In this document: positions 52,046 through 64,000 of the stretch, piece after piece
How positions within the stretch are numbered: the stretch's first letter is position 1
Layout: every line of letters begins with the position of its first letter
From: Octopus vulgaris
Lineage: Eukaryota
Direction: 5' to 3'
Assembly (NCBI GenBank): GCA_951406725.2
Contig: OX597830.1
Span: forward strand, 48,980,001-49,044,000
DNA length: 64,000 bases
The notes under the pieces: model-generated
What the model was told of the DNA's origin: nothing
What the model saw: the letters and a program-made list of their open reading frames with translations, nothing else
Databases searched by the model: none
Made by a program: the position numbers and the translations under genes

Positions 52046-52902
52046 ATGTGTGAGCTTCCAGTTAGATCAATTGCAATACATGGCCGAGCTTTCTTTTGTC
52101 ACATGAAGCGAGAAAATGTAATTCTCAGGCAGTAACAGTGAGATACAAGTGTAACAAAGCTGAACCTTTGGATCATCGTCCAGCCGATGGGTATCCATCC
52201 TCTCCGTCTCCCAAAATTTTACTCGTAATGCTCAGGTCGACGACGAAGCCACAATGAAGACTCTTTATTTAACATATCATGTAGCAGTATCGAACCTGGG
52301 ATCTTGTGGTTTGTAAAGTGTACTCTTCATCCACTCAGCCAAGCATTCACCCCGACACAAATATTATTAGCGAAGCGCTGAGTGTTTCTTTGAGCGAAGT
52401 TCTGTCCTATAGTATTCCTAAGTCTTTATTGGACAAATGAAACAAACGATCCGGTTGTGCGCTAACTTAATCACTTCGCTGCTGCACAGAACTGAACACG
52501 ATTTTAGAAATAACGTGTTATTGTCTGAAACTTATGACTATTATTGGGGAAGTGTAAAGCTATTTTCTTAATCTTATGGTATCGAACAAATCGCTAATCC
52601 CAAAACACTGGATTTACTACCATTTCTAAATCGTTCAACCATAATCCGTTCATTCTCATCAAAGCATTAGGTTGTAGATTGAAAACGTTTAACAATAAAT
52701 GTTATTCCACGTTTCTGTAATCACTTGACGGATTTGTCTTTTGTGCTGCTCCTGTTATTTACATTTCAGCTATTTAACTATCGACATTCATTTCGTAGAG
52801 AATTCTTTACTTAGAACCGACATTTCCCATTAAAATCTTTAATCGACTTGAACTGCAATGGACAAACATTGCATCATTGAACAAGACACTCAGCATTACT
52901 TA

Positions 52903-52961
<59 letters not shown>

Positions 52962-53446
52962 GCACACACACACAGACACAGACACACACACACACATATA
53001 TATATATATATGTATATATATATGTATATGTGTGTATCTATCTATCTATCTATATATATATGTATATAATGAAATCTGTTCTATTGCTTTTTTCCATTAT
53101 TTCTTCTTATCTCCGCTCTCACTGTCTTTTATTGTCACATATAAATTATGCTGCCTGGCCTGCTTAGGTACTTCATAAAACCTGTCAACTTATGCAGCAT
53201 GGAAGTATATTTATTTTCCACAAAATCATTTTGATAGTTACATAATATTCATGAACAAGATACTATATAGTAACTAGCATTACTTTATAACGTATTTTTC
53301 CCCTCTTATAGATAAAACAAGATTTTAAGGAAGAACTACGAGATTCTCTGAAACAAAAATACAAGAATCACTAAAACCAATCACAATTGTGCTACAACTA
53401 TCTATAGTGAATCGGAAAAGCTTTTAACTTCATTCCTTTTTACCAC

Positions 53447-53614
<168 letters not shown>

Positions 53615-53819
53615 TTACTAAACAACTTTTTAAGAGAATTCTGGATGGCTGGAAAACTGTTTCTCAGTTACCAAATCTATGTAGAATATAATGACTTAAA
53701 TGAAATATGTAATTTTTTTGAATGAAGAAACGCAAGGCCTGTGCTCTCCTCAACGTTAAATTACAACTACCCTGCTCGACCTCCTTATCTACCCGTCAAA
53801 CTGTCATAACATCTATAGT

Positions 53820-54110
53820 GTGCTTATACACCCACTCACTGTCTTCCAAACACGAACATAGAATGATTACACCCATATGCCAGGCACCAAGAAACTAGTA
53901 GTCGCTCCTCCAAAATCTATCAGCTAATGTCATCAATATAGAATTAATATGAGATCAATCCTGAAATATGGGTACCGTGTCTAGGCTCCCAACCCCTCCA
54001 CGACAATTACAATAAGCTTTAAGGAACATAAAATAGGTATCTTGTACACAATTTCACCAATTCTTCTCATCCGCTCAGTTCTTTTGCTAACAATTATTCA
54101 ATGCTCGCTT
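53820..54110 (+). mobile_element. Decayed Jockey/I-group LINE post-RT remnant
   Basis: YRINMRSILKYGYRV*APNPSTT..YNKL resembles 'YK..IRSIL.Y....W.P..S....KLQ'. Confidence 0.4.
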
Positions 54111-54884
54111 GCTACAATTCAATGCCTTCCACCATTTTAATATACTTATACATACTATTTAGTTCTGTTTGTCAGAGATGACTACTTACAACAGTACCAC
54201 CCTAGTATAAATGAATGCTATAAGAATAAGTGGCCTGTATTCGGTTTTGTATAATTACTAATAAGTACAGGGGGTGATTTGTTCGACTAAATTCTTCAAG
54301 GCAGTGCCCCAGTATGACCGCAGTTTAACTGACACAGGCAACAGATAAAAGATTTATTATTTTGAGACCACAAACAGTTCGCATCTTGTGAACAGCTTGA
54401 CATCAACGGAGTTGATATTTAATTCTGAAATGCTTCACGACCATGTAAAGGGAAATGTTATTAGGAGATCAGTAACTTGTCACTGCAAGGGAACCAGGCT
54501 AACACTGTGTTCTAGACCAACGGGTCTCTATTGTCTCAAATCACTTAGCTATTTTAGCTGCACATATTTAAGATTAATAATATAAAGTAATGAAAATTGG
54601 TAGGCGCATAAAAATCGTTGTGAACGCCATTAAAAACAGGTACCACAACAATCGCCTTCATTGCACAACTCACAATATATACGCATTGTACTCTATCAAT
54701 GCATCAATATCAGCTTAAAATACACCAATAAACGCGCTAGTGGCATTATTGATATCGACCACAATGCTCTTAGATGAGAAATAGAAGTTCCTGGTTCGAA
54801 TCCGTTCTAGGATTATATACACTCTGAAGAATTAGATACAAGATCAAACTAATCAAAATGTAGTTTAACTCAATATGAATAGGG

Positions 54885-55082
54885 ATTTCAAATTTTGGCA
54901 CAATGCCAGCAATTCCGGGAAGAGGGTAACTCAATTACATCAACCTTAGTATTCAATTGGTACTCGAAAGGCTGAAACGTAAAGTCGACCTCAGCGGAAT
55001 TTGAACTCAGAACGTAAGGAAGGACAAAATGCCGCTAAGCATTTTGTCCTGCGTGCTAACGATTCTGCCAGCTCTCCGCCTG
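54885..55082 (-). mobile_element. Family-A SINE (older)
   Basis: tttcaaattttggcacaa...aaagtcgacctcagcggaatttgaactcagaacg...gctaacgattctgccagctctccgcc. Confidence 0.85.
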
Positions 55083-56662
55083 GAATACAATATTAGAAAA
55101 CATATACCGCGGTGCTCCAGCATGACTGACTGAAACTAAAGAAAGAGTAGAAGTATATATATCCAAAATGTGACTACACTCATAATGTCTCATAAATTTA
55201 TATTATTAACAATTGATCGCAGACATTCTGGCATTTCAATATCGTATATAAATATGAGACCGTATTTTGTGTTTATATATCATGTGGTAACTGAGAATTA
55301 CATAGAATTCGTGAGGATCTGGTTTACTAACTAATCTTGAATATTCATATATATAAATGTGTTGCACTTTGTATGATATTTTTTTTTGTTTAATGGCAAA
55401 ACTCTGTATTTAGAGATAGTAGAGGAGGCACGAAGTAGACAGAAAAACCGTCGTAAACATGTTGAATGCTGGCCTTTGTATTAACCATCCGTAAATGTAT
55501 CAAAAACGCACACATACATGAATGCATGCGTAAGTGTGTGTGCGTGCGTTGGTGCTTGAGTTTGTATCGATGTATGAAAATATGAAAATATGGATTGAGT
55601 AATGCATAACTGGGTTACACAATTACACTGAAATACAGTAAACAAAATTATATGTATATATATATATACATATATACACATACACACAAGCTATATATGC
55701 ACGCACACACGCACACACGCACACACGCACACATATCTATATATATATATCTATACATATATATGTGTGTGTGTGAGTAATGTGTATGTTCTCATATATA
55801 ATATATATTTACTCAAACTATGTATATATATATATATATGTGTGTGTGCGTGCGTTTGTGTCTATGTGTGTGCGTGCATATATAGCTTGTGTGTATACAC
55901 ACAATACTGTACTTTGTTATATATATATGAATAGATGTTTTCGTATATGCATATTTAAATATATCGATTAGTATCTCGGTGTGTGTGAAGTTTTAAAAGA
56001 ATAATAACAGTAGTCGTAGTAGTAGTACATGCATAGATATATACATTCATATACATAAAAAAAAAGATATGCGAAAACACACCTATAAAACACACACACA
56101 CACATACACATACACAATCACACACACACAATCATACTCAGACCGACTGAATTGTATACGTTTATCTCCTCTGAACAGCTTTCTCAACAGCATCCAACAC
56201 TCTTTAATATATCTATATCGTTATCACTAAAATATATTTCCAGTTGCGCTTCTGCTAATCCATTTTTATGAAAACCCCTCAAACTGGCATCGATCAATGC
56301 ATTTCTTCGTATCTTCAGCACAAACCATTCGCATGTAGCTAGTTCTATGTAGCTATCACACGAGCCAACATTCTATCAGGTGATGTATTAAACTGATGTC
56401 ATATTGCCGTGTGCATCATAATGATTTTTTTTTCTTCTGCAAAAATCATTTACTTTTTTTCCCCCTTTATCTCCTTGCCTTCTACATGTATAAGCGTAAA
56501 CCATTTTCTGCCTTCATGCGTATGACATCACAAATCCTTGCGTATAATGTGTTCTTGATTTGTGGTTATGCCTCCCTCACGCTTTCGCCCTCCTTTTCTG
56601 TCACTGTTCATAAATTTATATGAGCGTATTCGTGTACTTGCACGTGTATTTATGTACGTGCA

Positions 56663-56718
<56 letters not shown>

Positions 56719-56842
56719 CACATATATATATATATTTTATATATAAGTTCAGTAAAAATTTAGATTCAGTTGAATATGGTACTTAAGTTAAAGGCACCAG
56801 AATTTGGTATGGTATTATCCATATAATACAAAATGGGGTGAT

Positions 56843-57018
<176 letters not shown>

Positions 57019-57053
57019 TGTATGTATGTATGTATGTATGTATGTATGTATGT

Positions 57054-57361
57054 ATAGCGGTTAGGGTATTCGGCTGACGATCGTAAGGCCGTGAATTCGA
57101 TTCCCGGCAGTACGCTTCGTTCTTGAGCAAGGCACTTTATTTGAAACTACCCCAGTCCACCCTGCTGATAAGAATAAAATGTATCCGTATTTCAAATCAC
57201 AAGCTTTGGTCACATTCTGTGTCAGACTGAATCTCCTTGAAAACTACGTTAAGGATATGAATGTCTTTGGACTGCTCAGCCACTTACACGCTAATTTCAC
57301 GAACAGGCTCTTCCGTTGATCTGACCAACTGGAACCTTCGTCACCGAATCGACAGAGTGCT
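57054..57361 (+). mobile_element. Older SINE (head + body Y + tail Q)
   Basis: tagcggttagggtattcggc...gaattcgattcccgg...ttgagcaaggcactttattt...aactacgttaaggatat; the reverse-complement homolog of 7839-8167. Confidence 0.82.
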
Positions 57362-58407
57362 AGTTATATAAGTGTTCTAACAAAAGAGCTGTTAACACGT
57401 TTTGTTCGGTTGATACTTATATATGTTGACTCTTTTGCTCAGTACTATATTACTAATAGTTTCTCAGATAGGGAGAAACACTCTCTATTTTGTTGTTTCA
57501 AAGCTTCTAAATAAGCGGATGGTTACCATTCTCTCATTTTCATTAGCTGATTTATAGCATGTACAGAAATTAATTCTTTTCCTGTCATTGGCGGGAAAGG
57601 AAGGAGATCTGATCCTAGTGGTATTTGCAGAAGTAGTAGTGACAGTGGAAACTGCGAAAGATACTTAAGAACGAGAGGCTGATGTTAAACCGTATTATGG
57701 TATCCGTCTCTTACCAAAAACCAGTCAAGATCTAATCAACATGCTTCCAGGTATTCCTCAAACAGAATACAAGTGCTTGATAGATTTTCCATTCAACTAC
57801 AAACTTAGCAAAATCAGTATCAGTAATATACTGGGGTTGCAGTAGTAATCGTTTCAAACAATTTTATCCACACTTCACTGAAGGTACTCACATTTGGCCT
57901 TTGCATATCAATTACTATATTTTGGGTTAATTGTCGAAGATTTTTAATGGGAATCAATTTTATGTAAACGTTTACATAGTGTTCGCTTGAACTGATTTCA
58001 TATTACATTTAAAGAAGAACTCATCAAAATATTTATTTTCATTTTTCATATTCATTCATTTCAGTCCATTTATGAAAATTTCTATTTCGAAATTTGAAAA
58101 TGCTTTCTCTGACAAAATTTCTAAAACCATAAACACTTGGATGACAAACTGAAATTAAAAATAAATTCGAATTAAGAAAGGCATTAAATAAATGAATAAA
58201 TGTGTTCCATGGGGAGTTTTCCCATTGTCAGCTGATAACGGTTTTTTTATGACAGATTTATATAATTTTCAGGTCTTCATTTTGCGCCCTCACTCTCCCA
58301 CCATCCACCATCTTTTGTCTTTCTTCCATTCTTAATCATATTTTTCTCACTTGCTCCTTCCCCCTCTTTTACATAATGTTCTTCCCCTCTCTTCTACACC
58401 ATCCACA

Positions 58408-58410
<3 letters not shown>

Positions 58411-58466
<56 letters not shown>

Positions 58467-58468
58467 CG

Positions 58469-58563
<95 letters not shown>

Positions 58564-58575
58564 TTATCTATCTAT
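58411..58575. repeat. (TA)n + (TATC)n microsatellite
   Basis: Direct observation. Confidence 0.97.
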
Positions 58576-59035
58576 TTGTGCATCTAAATGCATAAATGTA
58601 ATTATGTATAAATAATTCAACATACACGATCGGATGTGAGTGCGCATGCGTTGGCTGACATTTTTTAATGACTGAATCCATAAAAATGACAGCATCATTT
58701 GGCAAGATATGATGCCATTAAGATTTTACAGGTGTTAACAAAATGAATTAAATCACGCATCTTTTAAAAAGACCTGGAATGCAAATGTTTAATCAGAGAT
58801 TGATGTAAATTTTCTTGTCGGCAATTCATTACAATAGACAGGAATGGAAATTAGCAAGGGGGGGGGGGTCGGTCAGGGGATATATTTCATTGTAAACTCG
58901 TCTGGCCAATCACTGCGTTTCTGGCCAGGAGAGGGACAAGGAAGTATTCGTATTTTGTTGTACAACAAATATCTCCAAGAACTTATTTTTTAAACCGACG
59001 GGTTTTCGTTTCATTTTCGTCATTATATATATTTT

Positions 59036-59183
59036 CGTCACTTAGCGGTTCGGCAAAAGAGACCGATAGAATAAGTACTGAGCTTACAAAGAATAAGTCC
59101 CGGGGTCGATTTGCTCGACTAAAGGCGGTGCTCCAGCATGGCCGCAGTCAAATGTCTGAAACAAGTAAAAGAGTAAAAGAGTA
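59036..59183 (+). mobile_element. 5'-truncated young family-B SINE
   Basis: Near-identical to 45479-45625. Confidence 0.88.
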
Positions 59184-59729
59184 TGCCTCAAGCATTGGTA
59201 ACGAACCAGAGAATTGTGTGTTTGCGTGTGAGTCTTAGCCACACAGCAATACTTTAGGTCATATTGTAATATGCTTTTTTAAAATTTTAATGTAATGCAG
59301 TGTTTTCTTGATACGTTGTGTTGTGGCATAGAACTGTGAGGTAGTGTGATATGGAGTATTATATCGAAGTGTTGGATTGAATATATTAGCATAGTGTGTA
59401 GTATAATATAAAATAAGTAGGAAATGCAAGGGAATAGTGGTATCGTATCGGTAATTACTAGATATAAACGATAGAAAAGTTGATGAAATATATTAATTTT
59501 GAAGAAGAGCAGTTTTGACGAAGGTATTGGTTTATATTAATAGTTATGATAGCAGCCGGCACTAAAGGTAGTAATTGTCTGGGCAGGTACCAAAATATTG
59601 TATTAGCTCTCGTTATTTGATAAGTATGATACCTGTATTTTTACTTCTTTCCTCGAGTGAAATTTTGGTCCTTTCCCTACAAATTATCTTCTACACTCGG
59701 CCAACACACTCACACACACTATATACACC

Positions 59730-59778
<49 letters not shown>

Positions 59779-59807
59779 TATATATGCACATATATATATA
59801 TATATAT

Positions 59808-59850
<43 letters not shown>

Positions 59851-59871
59851 TATTTTAACGTATCAGTATAT

Positions 59872-60090
59872 TGGTTTCAGATTTTGGTACAAGGCCTGCA
59901 ATTTCTGGGGAAGGGTTACGTCCATTACATTGACCCCAGTATACTCAACTGGTACTTAATTTATCGATGTCGAAAGGATGAAAGGCAAAGTCGACTTCAG
60001 CGGTATTTGAACTCGGAACGTAAAGACAAATGAACGACCGCTTAGCATTTTGCCCAGCGTGCTAACAACTCTGCCAACTCGCAGCCTTAA
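59872..60090 (-). mobile_element. Family-A SINE (older)
   Basis: cgaaaggatgaaaggcaaagtcgac...gaactcggaacgtaaag...gctaacaactctgccaactcgcagccttaa. Confidence 0.85.
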
Positions 60091-60626
60091 TGTATCATTC
60101 TATTGATAATTTCATGTATTTGACCCATTTTTTGGGGGGTCAGATCTTTTCATAAAATAACAACAAATGTTTACTCCACTTTGATAAATAGAAAATCACT
60201 CTACATTATTATCTCAATTATCTGTCATTCCCAATAAAATTCATCAATAAACCAATTAATCAATTTACCAAAACGTAGCCGGTTAAGTTATATCATTAAA
60301 ACTATGAATAACAGATTCCAATGCTATTACTAGAAATCGAATCTGGACCTTCACTGAATTTCCTCTTAATCAAACACAATGTATCTTATCGAACTCAGAT
60401 TAGCATTTCGAAGTTAAATAGTTTTATTTCTTTTCATGGATGATCACAATGTTTTTTATCGATTCCATTAATAATTTCTGTCCAAAGATGCCAACAACGT
60501 TAAGACAATTGCCATTAAGAAATTTCAACTGGTTGCAATCAATTTATTTGAACAAGATGGAATTTTAATGAAATTCTCTTGACTTAATGATTTCATTTAT
60601 TCGTAAGCGCAACTTATGTTTGTATA

Positions 60627-60638
60627 CACAAACACACA

Positions 60639-60713
<75 letters not shown>

Positions 60714-61274
60714 ACACACACACACACATACGCACGCACGCACATATACTCACAGATTAACACATACACACAACCGATACACACACAATCACTCTCTCAT
60801 ACATATATACATACATACATACATACATTCTTACATACCTGACATATACATACCTGACGTATAAATGTATGCGTAGGTATATATATAAATATATACATGC
60901 ACACGCACCCCCTCCAATGTGGCCACACATACACGCCCACGTACGCATACACACACACATATTACATAATAAAAATTATAACGTAGTGTACATTCCATAT
61001 ATGTGTGTGAATTTGTGTGTGTCTGTGTATTGGTAGAACATTTTTTATCCTCACCGTAGCCTGCGACGGGACACACTGAAGTAAATTGTATTTAACAATG
61101 GAATTGCTAAATTTCTCTGCCTGCCTGCCTGTCTGTCTGTCTATCTGTCTGTCTGGCTGTCTGACTGTCAGTTTGTCTATTTCACTGTCTGTCTGTCTCT
61201 GTTTATCTGTCTGCCTGTCTGTCTCTATCTCAGTGTGTGTCCTCGTGTGTATGTGTCTGTCTGCCTCTCTCTCA

Positions 61275-61339
<65 letters not shown>

Positions 61340-61340
61340 C
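60627..61340. repeat. Cluster of (CA)n, (CATA)n, (CTGT)n, (CT)n and (TA)n microsatellites
   Basis: Direct observation. Confidence 0.9.
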
Positions 61341-61566
61341 GAGCAAAACGCCCACCGTCCAATGGATGGTGCTGAGTTGTCAAACATTTAAACCAAATTT
61401 TCTCAAAACAACTTGTCCGACCGTCCCATAGGCCTCCCCTTTGAGAAACACTGATTTAACCTTAAATTTGAGACACCAGCAAAAGAAGAAATAAAGACAG
61501 ACTTTTTTCTATTCCAAAGAAAAACGATTTTATTCATAGAAATATGCAACCGAAGAGTTTAAAGTA

Positions 61567-61796
61567 CCAGTAAGTACATCGCAACAGCTGATGTGCTTGC
61601 GCGTAAAAATGCACGTTCCCACGGCTTTATCGATCGCATTCTCACCTGGAATCGATTTTTGTGATTTTTTCAGGACTTATTAACACCCTGATACTGTCGG
61701 TATCTACATATCAAATTTGAGCGCAATCGGATGGAGGATGCCCGAGATCTTAGAAGACACACAGGCAGACAGACATAACGGATTTTATATAATAGG
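61567..61796 (-). mobile_element. Helitron-like non-autonomous element
   Basis: Minus strand starts cctattatataaaatccgttatgtctgtctg (TC mutated) and ends with hairpin acatc-agctgttgc-gatgt then CTGG|T. Contains aaatttgagcgcaatcgg, similar in placement to aattttggtcaacttgcgccg in 38152-38542. Confidence 0.55.
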
Positions 61797-62071
61797 TGTA
61801 TATATGGCAAGGAGAAAATGGAGGAAATCCAGCTGTTAGACGTTATATTATGTCTATTTATTTATTTAAATACTTTTGTTGAAATGACTCAGGAACCCCC
61901 ATAAATTGCATGAAAAGAGCTAATACACTGAAGCTGCGTCGCTGGTCGCGCTAGGGTGTCGGGCTGAAAAACATTGTTCGACCATGGGCGTTGCCACCGC
62001 TCGCCATCACCGCCGTCACTTGGCATGCTGCCCACTTGTCCGGATCCATCTCGTTTCGTGACCCCACTCAC

Positions 62072-62135
62072 CACAGTCGTGACGCTAGAGCCGGGATCCA
62101 GCATTAATCGGGTCGTATACATTAGAAATATCAGA
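62072..62135 (-). CDS. Candidate 64-nt exon of an unidentified gene
   Basis: Minus strand: long pyrimidine-rich tract ...gtctgtctcAG|tctgatatt...gactgtg|GTGAGT. One open frame (LIFLMYTTRLMLDPGSSVTTV). Lies in a CpG-rich unique island. No homology recognised. Confidence 0.25.
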
Positions 62136-62337
62136 CTGAGACAGACGCGCACAGAATGGAGAGGCGGAGTTGAAAGGGATGAAGAGGAGGATATGTAGAT
62201 GTACGTATATCTGTACCTGGGAGTGGGCATAAAGGGAATGGCGCTTGTTGGTTTGGTGTATGTATATATTCATGTGCATATGTGTGGAAGTATGTTGGCA
62301 TTGGTTACTGGGAGTGTGGTGATGTTTGTGTGCGTGT

Positions 62338-62379
<42 letters not shown>

Positions 62380-63089
62380 AATAGTTGAATAGTGTGAAAG
62401 TATGTATGTGAGTATATGAGACTGTGTGCGAATAAAAGTGTTGAAGAAGCACATAGGTTGGTAAAGAACATTTTAAATGTAAGGTGAGCAGTTGCATAGA
62501 CAAAAGCAAGTAGTGGAGGAATCGTAGTTTTAAGGAGTGGAATTGTGAAAAGAGGGTTAATGTTAAAATTCGAAAATGAAAGAATAAAAAAAGAAAACGG
62601 TTTCCATAAGTTGAATTTCGTTGTGACAAATATCCGAGGTACAGGTAAATAGTTTAGGAGAAAGGGAAAATGTCCAGAAAGATAGCACAATGTGAGGTGA
62701 AATAACGCATGAAAAGTGAAAATTAAGACGTTGCAGGTACGAACGAAAATGGCTGGCGGAAATAGGAGAGAAGAACAAATGAGATAATATTTTTTTTTAG
62801 AGAAGAATGGACACAAGGAGGGAAAGCAGTAGAAAAATGTGAGCGCACGTGTGTAGGTTAACAGGTTATAGAGGGAGTGACGTCAAGAAAAAGTGAAAGG
62901 GGGTAAGAAAAACGAGGGATTTATAGCTGAAGTATAGGAGAATGCTGAAGTGCTGAAGTGTGAAGGTGTGAGAGAGTGCGAAGAATACTTGTGTTTGTGT
63001 ATATGTGTGTCCGACTGGTTGTGTGTATGCAAGTGTGAAAGAGACAAAATGTTAGGCGACCAGAAGATGTATGTGTGTATATTCCTTCA

Positions 63090-63300
63090 TTCTTTTACTT
63101 GTGTCAATTATTTGATTGCGGCCATGCCGGAGCACCACCCCTAAAGGATTTTTAGTGGAAGAATTCGACTCCAGGACTTAGTCTTTGTAAGCCTAGTACT
63201 TATTTTATCAGTTTCTTTTGCCGAACCGCTAATTTACAGGGGAGTAAACACACCAACATCAGTTGTCAAGGGATGATAGGGAGACAAACACAGACACAAA
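63090..63300 (-). mobile_element. 3' half of a family-B SINE
   Basis: ttgattgcggccatgccggagcacc...ctttgtaagcctagtacttatt...gccgaaccgctaa...gtaaacacaccaacatc. Confidence 0.82.
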
Positions 63301-64000
63301 AACACACACACATACACACACACATATACACTTACATACAGCTTCTCTTTTCGCCTGATGCATGTATTTGTCCACGTAATCATACATTTGCCTTACCAGC
63401 GAATAATCCCATTATTCCTCGATGTAATCACTCATCAGTTTTGTAACCGTTCTTCCTGCAGGTTAGTTCATTAAACAATCTGACGAAAGATATTTCTTTA
63501 AACGTTGGACTTCTCCTCTTCTCGATTCTACTTTGCCCGTTTTTTTTTTTTTAATTTATTAATAACCGTATAACACCGTCGCTATTTGCCTTAGACCCTA
63601 CTGTTTACTAAATAAATTAGCAAAAACTCCCTGATTCGCTGGATAAAAATATTAAGTTTAGCAGAGGAAATTAGGAAAATAGAGATTAGAAGTTCCAACA
63701 GAATTAGCAAACCAGCCTCATAACTCGTATCACTACAACAGGGATTAGGCACACTCTTTTAACGAAGCTTTTCATCATAGATGTCAACTGGCTCATCCTC
63801 AACGCTCTTATCTCAAGGGACACCTTTACTGTCTATATGTAACTCCCAAACTATTGGCATTCTTAGGATTTATTCATATGTAAGCCCCCAAACTAATGAC
63901 CCCGAGCAATTCAGAATGAACATAATCCCAAATAATCCCAGTGATTAGTTGTTAGTGTTATTTAACTCCAGGTCAAATCATCCTGATTCAATAATCCAGT

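Noticed and set aside
58855-58940. Promoter-like G-run plus CCAAT box
   Set aside because: Short motifs expected by chance, with no associated transcript evidence.
61340-61454. hAT-like terminus tttgagaaacactg
   Set aside because: No matching left TIR or TSD found, so element limits cannot be defined.
62085-62816. Longest ORF (243 aa, minus strand)
   Set aside because: It runs through (CA)n and the complement of purine-rich low-complexity sequence. It is F/L/H/T-biased with no domain.

Overview
Eukaryotic, AT-rich and essentially non-coding window dominated by microsatellites and interspersed repeats. The repeat families and microsatellite density look like a coleoid cephalopod (probably Octopus) intron or intergenic region; this is inference, not a database result. 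No intact protein-coding gene, real tRNA or rRNA gene, or CRISPR array is supportable. Almost all ORFs in the track are translations of microsatellites or SINEs. Supportable content: many tRNA-derived SINEs of at least three modular types (several with target-site duplications, TSDs), a decayed mariner transposase, fragments of RTE, CR1-like, R4/Dong-like and HERO-like LINEs, Tc1-, hAT- and piggyBac-type MITEs, three Helitron-like elements, and a cluster of Penelope-like terminal fragments carrying minimal hammerhead ribozyme motifs inside (TA)n tracts. Best leads: the hammerhead-bearing (TA)n-embedded elements (39.1-40.9 kb, plus a related palindrome at 56.8 kb), an RTE LINE insertion with a twin-priming-type 5' inversion and TSD (43.6-44.3 kb), SINE multimers inserted as single TSD-flanked units, a pre-miRNA-like hairpin (41.94 kb), a 172-bp-arm inverted duplication (26.9-27.4 kb), and a CpG-rich candidate exon (62 kb). 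Coordinates were counted by eye and may be off by a few bases.
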